Shown here: one piece after another, positions 17,331-27,577 of the stretch
How the letters are laid out: each line of letters starts with the position of its first letter
Position numbering within the stretch: the first letter of the stretch is position 1
Assembly (NCBI GenBank): GCA_964484005.1
Contig: CAZADR010000003.1
Coordinates: forward strand, 24,910 to 88,909
Source of the DNA: an uncultured Candidatus Saccharibacteria bacterium
GTDB taxonomy: Bacteria > Patescibacteriota > Minisyncoccia > Phycocordibacterales > UBA9973
Direction of reading: 5' to 3'
DNA: 64,000 nt
Position numbers and translations under genes: made by a program
Notes under the pieces: generated by a model
Seen by the model: the letters and a program-made list of their open reading frames with translations, nothing else
Database searches by the model: none
What the model was told of the DNA's origin: nothing

Positions 17331-18151
17331 ATACAATCTTTATTTATTCCGAGCACAAAATCATTTATTAAGTCTTGTTCGACTACATATTCTTCTCCCA
17401 TGAAGCCACTTATGTCTTCTTCTTTTACTAGTCTTAAATAATTTTTTGTAAAATCTCCTGAAAGTGGTAGATAAGACCAATGCCATTTTTCTTCGTTGTA
17501 GCCCGTGGTTCTTTCAAAGTCTTTTAAATTATAAACTTGGCAAAAACCAAAAACCGCAGCATTTTTTACAAGCCATTCGTATTCTTTTGCACCTTTTTCT
17601 CCCAAAAAATAGGCAGGATTTGCGTCGTTTATATCTATGTCTGTGCCCCAATGGTGCCTAGAAGTACCTGGTGCTGAGCTATATTCTAGAATTTTTTTAA
17701 ATCTTTCCAATCCATCAGGAATACTTTTTGATAGGTCTTTGTTCTCTACTAGAGTGTAGCCAGACCATTTATTATTCCAAAGATTTTTTTGATAATCAAA
17801 GTTTCTAGTAGCGGAAGCAATTTTTAAATGTATATTTTCTTTTTTAGCAGCAGCAGCCATTTCTAGAAAAGCAGACCATGTTTCTTTTCTAAGATACATT
17901 TTGTACCCACCTATGTTGTATTCTTCAGTAACAAAAACAAAATCTTTGTGTAAAGTAGGATCAAATTTACCCATTAAATATAGTTTTTCCTCAGCATCCT
18001 TTTTAGCTTTTTCTTCTAGGAGGTTTTTTTCATAAAGTTCTCTGTCTTTTTTTTCTTGTTTAAAGTCCGCAATAGAGGATGTTATTATGGGAATAAAAAG
18101 AAGACTTAGGACCAAGATTATTACTACATTTTTTAGGGTTATTTTGTTCAC
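17327..18151 (-). CDS. M15-family D-Ala-D-Ala carboxypeptidase-like peptidase, membrane anchored
   Basis: N-terminal TM helix, a coiled region, then the M15 zinc site SRHHWGTDIDIN. Confidence 0.7.
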   Translation of the reverse strand: MNKITLKNVVIILVLSLLFIPIITSSIADFKQEKKDRELYEKNLLEEKAKKDAEEKLYLMGKFDPTLHKDFVFVTEEYNIGGYKMYLRKETWSAFLEMAAAAKKENIHLKIASATRNFDYQKNLWNNKWSGYTLVENKDLSKSIPDGLERFKKILEYSSAPGTSRHHWGTDIDINDANPAYFLGEKGAKEYEWLVKNAAVFGFCQVYNLKDFERTTGYNEEKWHWSYLPLSGDFTKNYLRLVKEEDISGFMGEEYVVEQDLINDFVLGINKDCI

Positions 18152-18211
18152 CCCCGAACAATATCACAAGGATGTGTTTTAATCAAAAAGATTAAGTGGT
18201 ATAATGACTTT

Positions 18212-19267
18212 ATGCTTTTAAATTTAGTTAAAATTTCAATACCTACGGCTTTTGCCTTTTTTTTGGCTCTTTCCATTACCCCTATCGCGACTCATTTCTT
18301 TTACAAATATAAAATGTGGAAAAAATATTCTAGGAGCGTCAGCGCCTCGCAGTCAGATTTTCATAAAATTCACAATGAACAAGAAGAATTAAAAACTCCT
18401 CGCGTCGGAGGAATTATTATTTGGGTTTCAGTATTGCTCTCTACTCTTATATTTTTTTTAACTTCGATTATTTTTCCATCTGAAAATACTGAAAAAATGA
18501 ATTTCTTGAGTCGAAATCAAACATTCATTCCATTTTTCACACTTCTTTTGGGTTCACTTATAGGTCTCTGGGATGATTTAATACAAATTTATGGCAGTGG
18601 AAAGTTTGCTAGAGATGATAAGTCTTGGCGTAAGTGGAAAGCTTTTTTGGTAATGCTTGTTTCCTTGTTTATTGGAATATGGTTTTTTTATAAACTTGGA
18701 ATGACCTCAATTCATATTCCTTTTGGTGGTGAATTATATTTAGGTATTTTAATTATTCCTTTTTTTATACTGGTGGCTTTAGCTACTTTTTCTGGAGGAG
18801 TGATAGATGGTATAGATGGACTTTCTGGAGGAGTACTCGCATCTATTTTCGGTGCATATTCGATTATTGCTTTTGCAAACAATCAGATAGACTTGGCTGC
18901 TTTCTCTGGGGTAGTAACAGGCGTGATACTAGCATTTCTTTGGTTCAATATTCCACCAGCAAGATTTTATATGGGGGAGACGGGGATAATGGGGCTCACT
19001 ATTACCTTGGCTACTATTGCCTTTCTAACAGACTCAGTTCTGATTCTTCCTATTGTAGCCCTTCCACTTGTTATAACTTCTGGTTCAGTTATATTGCAAC
19101 TTCTCTCTAAGAGATTTAGAGAAGGAAAGAGGTTGTTTAAGCTCGCTCCGATACATCATCATTTTGAAGCCAGTGGGTGGTCTCAATACAAAGTCACTAT
19201 GCGTTTTTGGATTCTGTCAATTATTTTTGCTATTGTTGGAATAATTTTAGCAATTGTTAGTCGATAG
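18212..19267 (+). CDS. mraY: Phospho-N-acetylmuramoyl-pentapeptide transferase
   Basis: 10 TM helices. Motifs DDLIQI, VIDGIDGLSGG and NIPPARFYMGETG. Located upstream of ftsW-murG. Confidence 0.85.
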   Translation: MLLNLVKISIPTAFAFFLALSITPIATHFFYKYKMWKKYSRSVSASQSDFHKIHNEQEELKTPRVGGIIIWVSVLLSTLIFFLTSIIFPSENTEKMNFLSRNQTFIPFFTLLLGSLIGLWDDLIQIYGSGKFARDDKSWRKWKAFLVMLVSLFIGIWFFYKLGMTSIHIPFGGELYLGILIIPFFILVALATFSGGVIDGIDGLSGGVLASIFGAYSIIAFANNQIDLAAFSGVVTGVILAFLWFNIPPARFYMGETGIMGLTITLATIAFLTDSVLILPIVALPLVITSGSVILQLLSKRFREGKRLFKLAPIHHHFEASGWSQYKVTMRFWILSIIFAIVGIILAIVSR

Positions 19268-19273
19268 TTAGGT

Positions 19274-20371
19274 ATGAAAGGAAAAAAAGTAGATAAATTT
19301 TTTTTAATAGTAGTAGGTATATTACTAGCACTTGGAGTTGCTATGTTTATCTCTGCGTCTCTAGGGGTTTTGGATAGAAATCAGGAAACTTTCCGTGGAG
19401 TACTATTTAGTCAGCTGATTTTGGGCCTTGGTTTGGGGCTCTTCGGAATGTTTATTTCTTCTAAGATTGATTACAAACTTTGGCGAAAATTTTCTTTTAT
19501 TTTATTTATTGGTTCAATTCTACTCACCGCTGCTGTTTTTATTCCTTCTTTGGGTTGGAGCCATGGTGGAGCCGAAAGATGGTTACAGATTGGAACTTTT
19601 ACATTTCAACCTGTTGAATTTTTAAAATTTGGTTTTGTAATTTATTTTGCAGCTTGGCTCTCTTGGGCCAAACAGAGAGTACAAGATTTTAAATTTGGAA
19701 TTTTACCTTTTGCTATAATGCTTGGAGTTATTGCTCTTATTTTATTAAACCAACCAGACACAAAAAGTTTTATTTTAATCACGGTTACTGGAATATTGAT
19801 GCTTTTTATATCAGGAGCTCCTATTAAATATATTTTTTGGATTGGATTAGGTTTAACAATTTTATTTGGAGTTTTACTTTATTTCAAGCCATATTTACAA
19901 GAACGAGTAAAAACTTTTATTAATCCAGCTCAGGACTCTCAAGGTTCTTCTTATCAGATTCAGCAATCTTTTATTGCTCTTGGATCAGGAGGTATATTTG
20001 GTAGGGGTTTTGGGCAAAGTGTTCAGAAGTTTAGCTATCTTCCAGAACCACAGGGGGATTCTATCTTTGCTGTTTTGGGAGAAGAAATTGGTTTTGTCGG
20101 GGCCTTTATTACTATTTTTCTTTACTTACTTTTTATTCTGCGTGGATTTCATATAGCCAATCGGTCTCCAGATTATTTTAGTAGACTTTTAGTCTATGGA
20201 ATTGTTATACTTATTACAGTGCAATCTTTTATGCACATGGCCTCAGTCTCGGGAGTTTTTCCTTTGACGGGTGTGCCACTTGTTTTTATGAGTCAGGGCG
20301 GAACTTCGCTTATGGTTTATCTTGTGGCAGTTGGAATCGTTCTAAATATATCAAGATTTAGTAAAAATTAA
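19274..20371 (+). CDS. ftsW: SEDS-family peptidoglycan glycosyltransferase FtsW/RodA
   Basis: 365 aa polytopic SEDS protein sitting between mraY and murG. Confidence 0.85.
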   Translation: MKGKKVDKFFLIVVGILLALGVAMFISASLGVLDRNQETFRGVLFSQLILGLGLGLFGMFISSKIDYKLWRKFSFILFIGSILLTAAVFIPSLGWSHGGAERWLQIGTFTFQPVEFLKFGFVIYFAAWLSWAKQRVQDFKFGILPFAIMLGVIALILLNQPDTKSFILITVTGILMLFISGAPIKYIFWIGLGLTILFGVLLYFKPYLQERVKTFINPAQDSQGSSYQIQQSFIALGSGGIFGRGFGQSVQKFSYLPEPQGDSIFAVLGEEIGFVGAFITIFLYLLFILRGFHIANRSPDYFSRLLVYGIVILITVQSFMHMASVSGVFPLTGVPLVFMSQGGTSLMVYLVAVGIVLNISRFSKN

Positions 20372-20384
20372 CGAATAATTAGTC

Positions 20385-21518
20385 ATGAAAATAGTTTTTA
20401 CAGGAGGAGGAACAGGCGGTCATTTTTATCCGATAATAGCCGTTGTACAAAGAGTAAATCAAATAATAGACAAAGAACATATAATAGGAGCCAAGCTCTA
20501 CTATGTTTCTGATAGTCCTTATGATAAAGAAATACTAGTAGAAAATAGATTATTTTATGAGGAAGTTGTTTCTGGTAAAATGCGTACTTATTTTTCTATA
20601 AAGAATTTCTTTGATATTTTTAAAATTTTCTTTGGAACAATAAATGCAATTTATAAATTATTTTCTATTTATCCCGATGTGGTTTTTGGCAAAGGTGGCT
20701 ATGCGTCTTTTCCTGCTATTTTTGCTGCCAAGATTTTGCGCATTCCAATTTTAATTCACGAATCAGACTCGGCTCCAGGGCGTGTAAATAAATGGGCAGG
20801 GCGTTTTGCAAAAAAAGTAGCTGTTTCTTTTCCAGAAGCTGCAGAATATTTCCCAGCCAAGACAGTAGCTTGGACTGGCCAGCCGATAAGAACTGAAATA
20901 GAACACGGGGCTTCAAAAAAAGAAGCCTTAGAATATTTTAAATTAGAAGAAGATTTGCCAGTGATTTTAATTTTAGGTGGATCGCAGGGGGCAGAATTAA
21001 TCAACAATGCTGTCTTAGATGCACTTCCTAGATTGGTTGGAAATTATCAAATTATTCATCAAACAGGAGTAAAAAATTTCAAAACAGTTTCCGGACAGTC
21101 TGATGTTGTGTTGGTAGAAAATAAATTTAAGTTTAGATACACACCGTTCGCTTTCTTAAATTCTCTACAGATGAAAATGGCGGCTGGTGCAGCAACAATA
21201 ATAATCTCCCGCGCGGGCTCAACTATCTTTGAGATAGCTTCTTGGGGTGTTCCGTCTATTTTGATTCCTTTTAATAATTCAAACGCAGATCATTCTAGAA
21301 AAAATGCTTTTTCTTATGCACGAGCTGGTGGATGTAGTGTAATTGAGGAAGCCAACATGACTGCAAACATTTTAATTTCAGAAATAGAAAGAACACTAGA
21401 AAACAAATCCAGCTATGAGACAATGGTTCAAAATGCAAAAGTTTTTGGCAAAGAAGGCGCAGCTGAAAAAATCGCTCGAGAACTTGTAAATATGGCTTTG
21501 AGTCATGAAGAAAAATAA
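20385..21518 (+). CDS. murG: UDP-GlcNAc:lipid I N-acetylglucosaminyltransferase MurG
   Basis: N-terminal G-loop (FTGGGTGGHFYP). GT28 fold. 377 aa. Confidence 0.9.
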   Translation: MKIVFTGGGTGGHFYPIIAVVQRVNQIIDKEHIIGAKLYYVSDSPYDKEILVENRLFYEEVVSGKMRTYFSIKNFFDIFKIFFGTINAIYKLFSIYPDVVFGKGGYASFPAIFAAKILRIPILIHESDSAPGRVNKWAGRFAKKVAVSFPEAAEYFPAKTVAWTGQPIRTEIEHGASKKEALEYFKLEEDLPVILILGGSQGAELINNAVLDALPRLVGNYQIIHQTGVKNFKTVSGQSDVVLVENKFKFRYTPFAFLNSLQMKMAAGAATIIISRAGSTIFEIASWGVPSILIPFNNSNADHSRKNAFSYARAGGCSVIEEANMTANILISEIERTLENKSSYETMVQNAKVFGKEGAAEKIARELVNMALSHEEK

Positions 21519-21556
21519 AGGTTACTTTTACTCAAATTAAATGCTAAAATAGAAGA

Positions 21557-22981
21557 ATGGATAATAAAGTTGTAACTAGATTTGCGCCTAGCCCTACGGG
21601 TTTTATGCATGTGGGCAACTTACGCACGGGTCTTTTTGCTTGGCTTTGGGCTCGTAAAAATAAAGGAACTTTTATACTGAGAATAGAAGATACTGATAAA
21701 AAAAGAGAAGTAGAAGGTTCGATTGAGCATATAAAAGAATCTCTGAAATGGATAGGGGTTGATTGGGACCAAGGCCCGGATATCGGGGGGCCGTATGCGC
21801 CATATGTACAATCTGAAAGGTTAGATTTATATAAATCTTACGGAGAAAAATTAGTTGCTAAAGGTTTGGCATTTGCAGATCCTTATACGGAAGAAGAACT
21901 AAACGCATTCAGAAAACAAGCTGAGGCAGACAAAAAACCATTTTTATATCGCGAGCATCGACCCGAGAATCCGCCAAAGTGGGACGGCAGTATGCCTCTT
22001 CGTTTTAAGGTGCCAGAAATAAAAAAATATTCTTGGACAGACGCAGTTTGGGGAGAGCTTTCTGCGGGTCCTGAAGCGTTGGATGATTTTATTTTGATAA
22101 AGAGCGACGGATATCCTACATATAATTTTGCCCATCTAGTAGATGACATAGAGATGGGGGTGACACATGTGATGCGCGGGCAGGAGTTTATATCTTCAAC
22201 GCCAAAGTATCTTTCTGTGTACGAAGCGCTTGGAGTGAAGCCACCGATATTTGCGACTACTCCGCCGGTTATGTCCGAAGAAGGAAAAAAGAAATTAGGA
22301 AAAAGAGACGGAGCAAAAGACGTTCTCGAGTATGCCAAGAAAGGATACTTACCGCAAGCAATGCTTAATTTTCTCGCGCTTTTGGGCTGGAACCCTGGGG
22401 GAGAAAAAGAAGTTTTCACTAAAGATGAGCTTATAGAACTTTTTAGTTTAGAAAAAATCCAGCACTCTGGCGGGCAATTTGGTGATGAAAAATTAGATTG
22501 GCTGAATAAAGAGCATATAAAGTTATTGCCTCATGAAGAAATAGAAAAAAATATTTTAAAATTCTTGCCAGAAAATATGCAAAATGAAATAGGTAAAAAA
22601 TTGGTAACAATCATTTTAGAGAGGATTTCTAAATGGGCAGATGTGAGAGATATGGCTGAAAGAGGGGAGTTGGACTTTTTCTTTACGGCTCCACAAGTTG
22701 AGAAACAAAAATTAATTTATAAAAATGTTTCTCTGGAAAAAATAGGACAAAATTTAAAACAAGCTGTAGAAGTCTTAGAAAAAATAGATGTGAAAGATTT
22801 TACTTTAGAAAACATAAAAAATGGTTTGATGTCAATAGCGGATAAATTGGAAAGTAGGGGAGAGCTCCTCCACCCTGTTCGTTTTGCCCTTTCTGGCTTA
22901 GATAAATCCCCAGACCCTTTTACAATAGCTTCGATTATAGGAAAAAATGAAACTTTACTTAGATTACAAAAAGCTATTTAG
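21557..22981 (+). CDS. gltX: Glutamate--tRNA ligase
   Basis: HIGH region (PSPTGFMHVGNLRT). KLSKR (KMSKS-like). 474 aa. Confidence 0.9.
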   Translation: MDNKVVTRFAPSPTGFMHVGNLRTGLFAWLWARKNKGTFILRIEDTDKKREVEGSIEHIKESLKWIGVDWDQGPDIGGPYAPYVQSERLDLYKSYGEKLVAKGLAFADPYTEEELNAFRKQAEADKKPFLYREHRPENPPKWDGSMPLRFKVPEIKKYSWTDAVWGELSAGPEALDDFILIKSDGYPTYNFAHLVDDIEMGVTHVMRGQEFISSTPKYLSVYEALGVKPPIFATTPPVMSEEGKKKLGKRDGAKDVLEYAKKGYLPQAMLNFLALLGWNPGGEKEVFTKDELIELFSLEKIQHSGGQFGDEKLDWLNKEHIKLLPHEEIEKNILKFLPENMQNEIGKKLVTIILERISKWADVRDMAERGELDFFFTAPQVEKQKLIYKNVSLEKIGQNLKQAVEVLEKIDVKDFTLENIKNGLMSIADKLESRGELLHPVRFALSGLDKSPDPFTIASIIGKNETLLRLQKAI

Positions 22982-24209
22982 TTTTCTTTTGTTGGGGTTT
23001 TTTCTTTTAACCCCAGCCTTTTTTTCTTATGGGCAAAGTGCCGAAGAAATAAGAAATAAAATAAATGATAAAAGTGAGGAGATAGCTCTGCTAGAGAGGC
23101 AAATAAAAGAATATCAAGCCGAATTAAACACACTGGGAAAACAAAAAGATTCTCTTAGTGTTTCTTTAAAAGAACTTGATATTACTAAAAAAAAATTAAA
23201 TGCTGATATTTCGGTAACTCAAAATAAAATCGATAAAACAAATTTACAAATTAAAAATTTATCTAGCGACATTGGAGACAAGGAAAGCTCTATCGCTCTC
23301 AATGTGGATTCCATAAAACTTGAAATAAAAAAAATAAATGAATTTCAAAATACAAGCTTTGTAGAAACCTTTCTTTCGAATGATGATTTTTCTGTTGTTT
23401 GGAATGATATAGACAACATTATGACAGTGCGTGAATCTATGAGAGAAAACATTAAAAGACTCAAAGAAACAAAAACAGTATTAGAAGACACGAGAGGAAA
23501 AACAATTGCCGCAAAAAATGAATTAACAAGATTGAAAACTCAACTCTCTGATCAGCAAAAAATAATTATTCAAAATACTAATGAAAAAAATAAATTACTT
23601 GCTCAAACAAAAAACAACGAAGCAAACTATCAAAAATTAGTAAAAGAACAACTCGCTAAAAAGGTAGCTTTTGAAGCAGAATTGGAAAATTATGAATCAC
23701 AACTAAAATTTATTTTAGATCCTTCGTCCATCCCTTCTGGTAGAGTTTTAAGTTGGCCATTAGACAGTATATATGTGACTTCGCCTTATGCTCCAAGATG
23801 GGGAGGATTTCATCGTGGGACAGACTTTCGAGCTTCAGTGGGAACAGCGGTCAAAGCTATGGCTGATGGCGTCGTACAGGGCACGGGAGATACAGATGCA
23901 TGTTGTCCTGGAGCATCTTTTGGTAAGTGGGTATTTATTGAATATAGCAATGGACTTTCGAGTACTTATGGTCATCTTTCGTTAATTTCTACGAGTAAAG
24001 GAAATCAAGTAAAAAGAGGACAAGTAGTGGGGTATAGCGGGAATACCGGCTCGTCTACAGGTCCACATTTACATGTCTCACTCTATGTATCAAATGGCGT
24101 AGAAGTAGCTTCTTTCCCAAGTAAGTCATATCCTGGTAAGACTTTAATTCAACCTATTTCGGCCACAGAGGCTTATCTTGATCCAATGAAATACTTACCG
24201 GCACTGTAA
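22947..24209 (+). CDS. M23-family peptidase with N-terminal coiled-coil (EnvC-like)
   Basis: Signal peptide, long coiled-coil, then the LytM site HRGTDF...GHLS...HLHVSLY. Confidence 0.8.
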   Translation: MKLYLDYKKLFSFLLLGFFLLTPAFFSYGQSAEEIRNKINDKSEEIALLERQIKEYQAELNTLGKQKDSLSVSLKELDITKKKLNADISVTQNKIDKTNLQIKNLSSDIGDKESSIALNVDSIKLEIKKINEFQNTSFVETFLSNDDFSVVWNDIDNIMTVRESMRENIKRLKETKTVLEDTRGKTIAAKNELTRLKTQLSDQQKIIIQNTNEKNKLLAQTKNNEANYQKLVKEQLAKKVAFEAELENYESQLKFILDPSSIPSGRVLSWPLDSIYVTSPYAPRWGGFHRGTDFRASVGTAVKAMADGVVQGTGDTDACCPGASFGKWVFIEYSNGLSSTYGHLSLISTSKGNQVKRGQVVGYSGNTGSSTGPHLHVSLYVSNGVEVASFPSKSYPGKTLIQPISATEAYLDPMKYLPAL

Positions 24210-24251
24210 GAATTTACATTCTTTATTAATTTGTAGTAAAATATAAATAAC

Positions 24252-24422
24252 ATGCAAAATAAAATACTTGTCCCGTCCATGGCGGGGAAAAATAAAGAAG
24301 GTGGCTTTCTCCAAATAATAATCCTTATTATTATTGCATTACTTATTATGAAATATCTTGGGATAACTGTCTCTGGGTTGATAGATTGGTTTTCGTCCTT
24401 TTTTGCAAGTGTTTTAAGATAA
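24252..24422 (+). CDS. Hypothetical small membrane protein (56 aa; below the ORF-track cutoff)
   Basis: ATG at 24252 with a single TM segment (GGFLQIIILIIIALLIM). Sits just before a second small TM protein gene. Confidence 0.35.
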   Translation: MQNKILVPSMAGKNKEGGFLQIIILIIIALLIMKYLGITVSGLIDWFSSFFASVLR

Positions 24423-24428
24423 AATAAA

Positions 24429-24752
24429 ATGAAAAAATTAGGTCAACAGCAAGGCATAAGCATACTAGGAATCATTTTTTTTGGGTTTATTATTGTCTTA
24501 ATACTTAGCTACTTCAATGTTAGTATAAAAGCTGTCGTAGAGAGCCCTACTGGGCAAGAAAATATAAACTATGTAGGGGAGACCACCAAGAGCTTTTGGG
24601 CCACTTATTTAGAAGAACCAGCTTCTTATTTATGGAATGATATTTGGATAAATATTTTTTGGAAAAGTTTTATCTATAACATGGAGAGAATAAGAGACGG
24701 ACAACCGACAGATGTAGATGCTGCAGCAGAAAATCTAAAAATTGCTCAATAA
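24429..24752 (+). CDS. Hypothetical membrane-anchored protein
   Basis: 107 aa with an N-terminal TM helix (ISILGIIFFGFIIVLIL). Confidence 0.45.
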   Translation: MKKLGQQQGISILGIIFFGFIIVLILSYFNVSIKAVVESPTGQENINYVGETTKSFWATYLEEPASYLWNDIWINIFWKSFIYNMERIRDGQPTDVDAAAENLKIAQ

Positions 24753-24836
24753 TAGGGGGAGTGCTTTTCTCGTTATGTTGTATGTTTATATAGAATACAA
24801 CTGCACCCAACATATATTGTGCGACACGATACATAT

Positions 24837-25220
24837 TTAAATACATGAGCTAGAAAGCGTGTATCCAGATGCTTCTGCTTCTTCCCCTGTTGCAAAATAG
24901 ACACGATTTTCTTGTTTTATAGTTTTACCCGCAGAACAACCAATAGAATAATATTTACTCCCCCTATTTGAAGCAAAAAAACTTTTTTCTTTTAATCCAG
25001 TTGTCTCCTTAGGCACATTTGCTGAAATTGAGCTTGCAGGCTGGTTGTACAAGCTCTGCGGTACATTGGTGCCCTTATATTCGATTTTAAGGCCCGAGGA
25101 GCTGTTTTCTTTAGATAATCTACCTAACTCAAATGACCCCAACCCAACTAAAATAACTATCAGAACTATCATGATATCTTTTCCCTTTTCGCTATTTATA
25201 AAATGCTTGATTTTTTCCAT
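24837..25220 (-). CDS. Membrane-anchored protein with a C-terminal Ada-like metal-binding domain
   Basis: N-terminal TM helix. C-terminal KYYSIGCSAGK...NRVYFATGEEAEASGYTLSSSC resembles the Ada_Zn_binding pattern (Y..C...K...N.V.F....A...G....C). Confidence 0.4.
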   Translation of the reverse strand: MEKIKHFINSEKGKDIMIVLIVILVGLGSFELGRLSKENSSSGLKIEYKGTNVPQSLYNQPASSISANVPKETTGLKEKSFFASNRGSKYYSIGCSAGKTIKQENRVYFATGEEAEASGYTLSSSCI

Positions 25221-25267
25221 GGAATTGTTTATACTCTACTGGCGTTTAATTATAGCATTAAAACAAT

Positions 25268-25540
25268 ATGGCACATAGAAAAGCCGGCGGAACCGCCAAA
25301 AACTTAAGAGACTCACAACCAAAGTACCTAGGTATAAAGCTTGCTGATGGCCAAAAGGCTCAATCAGGCTCAATTATCGTTCGTCAGCGTGGTACAGCTA
25401 TTCTAGCGGGTACCAATGTATCTACTGGAAAGGACCATACCCTCTTTGCCCTCAAGGACGGCACAGTAAAATTTGGATCAAAACGTAAGACTTCTTTTCA
25501 CGGAAGAACAGCCGTCAAGAAAACTGTGAATGTAATATAA
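25268..25540 (+). CDS. rpmA: 50S ribosomal protein L27
   Basis: [24 protein letters not shown]... is a canonical L27 N-terminus. 90 aa. Confidence 0.9.
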   Translation: MAHRKAGGTAKNLRDSQPKYLGIKLADGQKAQSGSIIVRQRGTAILAGTNVSTGKDHTLFALKDGTVKFGSKRKTSFHGRTAVKKTVNVI

Positions 25541-25552
25541 TAAATAAAACTA

Positions 25553-25590
25553 ATTAAAAATCCCCACCAAGCGTGGGGATTTTTATATTT
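25553..25590. terminator. Bidirectional rho-independent terminator (rpmA / rplI)
   Basis: Hairpin atccccac-caagc-gtggggat flanked by A-run and T-run. Confidence 0.7.
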
Positions 25591-26026
25591 TCTCTATAAC
25601 CAATTTAAAAGAAGATTTTTTCTTTTTTATCTCAATTTGTATTTCATGCTCCCCTACTTCTTTTACTGGTTTTTCTAAAACAATAAATTCTTCACTTATG
25701 TCTACATGGTTCTGTTTTTTCATTTCCTCTAAAATCTCTTTTTTGTGAATAGCCGAGAAAAGATGACCTTGTTCATTTGCTTTACCTTTTATGGTGATGG
25801 TCTTCCCTTTTATCTCTTCTAAATTTTTCATCAAGAGATCTTCTTGAACTTCTCTTTCAATCTCTATATTCTTTTTTCTTTTTTCTAATTCTGCGGTGGA
25901 GCTAGGAGTAGCGAGCTCTGCTAACTTTCGAGGAATAAGAAAATTCATAGCATAACCACTGTTTACTTCTTTTATGTCATGTTTTTTGCCTATTCTGGGG
26001 ACATCTTGTAGAAAAATTACTTTCAT
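25583..26026 (-). CDS. rplI: 50S ribosomal protein L9
   Basis: MKVIFLQDVPRIGKKHDIKEV... 147 aa. Confidence 0.9.
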   Translation of the reverse strand: MKVIFLQDVPRIGKKHDIKEVNSGYAMNFLIPRKLAELATPSSTAELEKRKKNIEIEREVQEDLLMKNLEEIKGKTITIKGKANEQGHLFSAIHKKEILEEMKKQNHVDISEEFIVLEKPVKEVGEHEIQIEIKKKKSSFKLVIEKI

Positions 26027-26036
26027 ATATGTATGT

Positions 26037-27254
26037 TTACTTGTTTAATAATTCTACAGCTTTTTCAAGTTGAGGATCTCTTTTTGCGTCGACATCTTTT
26101 TGGGTAAACTCTACGACATAATCAGGAGTAAGTCCTGTTTCAGAAATAGAAGTTCCATTTGGAGTAAGCCATTTTGCAACAGTTATTTTTAAAAGAGTAT
26201 CTGGTGTGATTTTGATAACTTCTTGTACAGAACCTTTGCCAAAGCTTTGAGTTCCCACTAACTTGGCTCGTCCGCTATCTTGCATAGCTCCAGCTAATAT
26301 TTCTGAGGCAGAGGCTGAACCTCCGTCTATTAATATAACAAATTTTAAATTGTCATTAAAAATATCGTAACCTTTACTTCGGAATACTTCTGATGGGCTA
26401 TTTTCTCCATAATCTTCTGTCACTACTACTTTTCCTCCCGCCAAGAACCAACTAGCCATGTCTACTGATGCATCAAGATATCCCCCAGGGTTGCCTCGTA
26501 AGTCTAGGAGAAGTTTTCCACTCTTAGAATCGATAAATTCTTTCATTGCATTTCTGAAAAGATTTATAGAATTTGCAGAAAAGCTGTAGAGCTTGATAAC
26601 AAAGATTCCATCTTCTCGCAATTCTGTGTCTAGAGTAGGAATGTTTATTGTGTCTCTGGTAATTTCTATTACCTTGGGCTTGTCTAAGCCTTCACGAAAA
26701 ATAGTTAGGCTCACCGTTGTTCCCTTTGGACCCCTAATCATTTTTACCGCCTCTTCTACACTTAGACCCGAGGTGGTTTTGTCGTTAATCTCTAAAATTT
26801 TATCCCCAGACTTAATGCCAGCCCTGAAAGCAGGAGTATCTTTTAGGGGTGCAATAACAGTCAGAACTTTGTCTTTCATTCCTACTTCCATTCCAATTCC
26901 CTCAAAATTTCCAGCGATTTCTTCTTCAAATGACTTAGCTTCTTCTGGAGCAAAAAAGACGCTATATGGGTCATCCAGGGAGCTTAGAAGGCCAGAAATA
27001 GCCCCATAGACTCGAGCTTGGTCGGTTATTTTAGAAGCACTAGGGTATTTTTCATTTATTGTATTCCAAGCTTTCCAGAACGGTGAAAAATCGACATCGG
27101 TAGCAACTGCAGTTTCTTTTCCGGTAATTCCTTCGACTTTCTCTATTTCAGGACGACTTTTGTCTCCAATATAGATACCAAATATAAAAGATACTATTAC
27201 AAAAAAAATAGTAACAGCCAGTGTGATGCGTTTTGTTTTAAAAAATTCTTTCAT
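26037..27254 (-). CDS. ctpA: S41-family C-terminal processing peptidase (with PDZ domain)
   Basis: PDZ domain plus S41 catalytic region (GNPGG...DGGSASASEILAGAMQD). N-terminal TM helix. Confidence 0.85.
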   Translation of the reverse strand: MKEFFKTKRITLAVTIFFVIVSFIFGIYIGDKSRPEIEKVEGITGKETAVATDVDFSPFWKAWNTINEKYPSASKITDQARVYGAISGLLSSLDDPYSVFFAPEEAKSFEEEIAGNFEGIGMEVGMKDKVLTVIAPLKDTPAFRAGIKSGDKILEINDKTTSGLSVEEAVKMIRGPKGTTVSLTIFREGLDKPKVIEITRDTINIPTLDTELREDGIFVIKLYSFSANSINLFRNAMKEFIDSKSGKLLLDLRGNPGGYLDASVDMASWFLAGGKVVVTEDYGENSPSEVFRSKGYDIFNDNLKFVILIDGGSASASEILAGAMQDSGRAKLVGTQSFGKGSVQEVIKITPDTLLKITVAKWLTPNGTSISETGLTPDYVVEFTQKDVDAKRDPQLEKAVELLNK

Positions 27255-27262
27255 GAGATGTT

Positions 27263-27541
27263 TTATTGCAGTGTATCTTCTTCTCTGTATAATCTTTCTT
27301 CCTCTACTGGTTCCCTCTCTCTTCCTTTAAAATCACTATTTTCTGAAAAATTATCAAAGTTTTTTACTTTTTTCTTTTTTTCTTTGTATAAAGAATAACT
27401 AACATAAATTACACCCAAACCCGAAAGACTAAAAAGGATATCTTTCCAAGAATAAGGAAAACCCAAAAAGGGCAAAATCGCTATCCAGGTTCCTAAAATT
27501 AAAAGAATTCGTGCTTTGCTCATCCGTCTATTATATTTCAT
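27263..27541 (-). CDS. Hypothetical small membrane protein
   Basis: 92 aa, two TM helices, acidic C-terminal tail. Confidence 0.4.
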   Translation of the reverse strand: MKYNRRMSKARILLILGTWIAILPFLGFPYSWKDILFSLSGLGVIYVSYSLYKEKKKKVKNFDNFSENSDFKGREREPVEEERLYREEDTLQ

Positions 27542-27577
27542 GCATACCCTAAATGCAAATGTACTTTGTGTGGGTTA

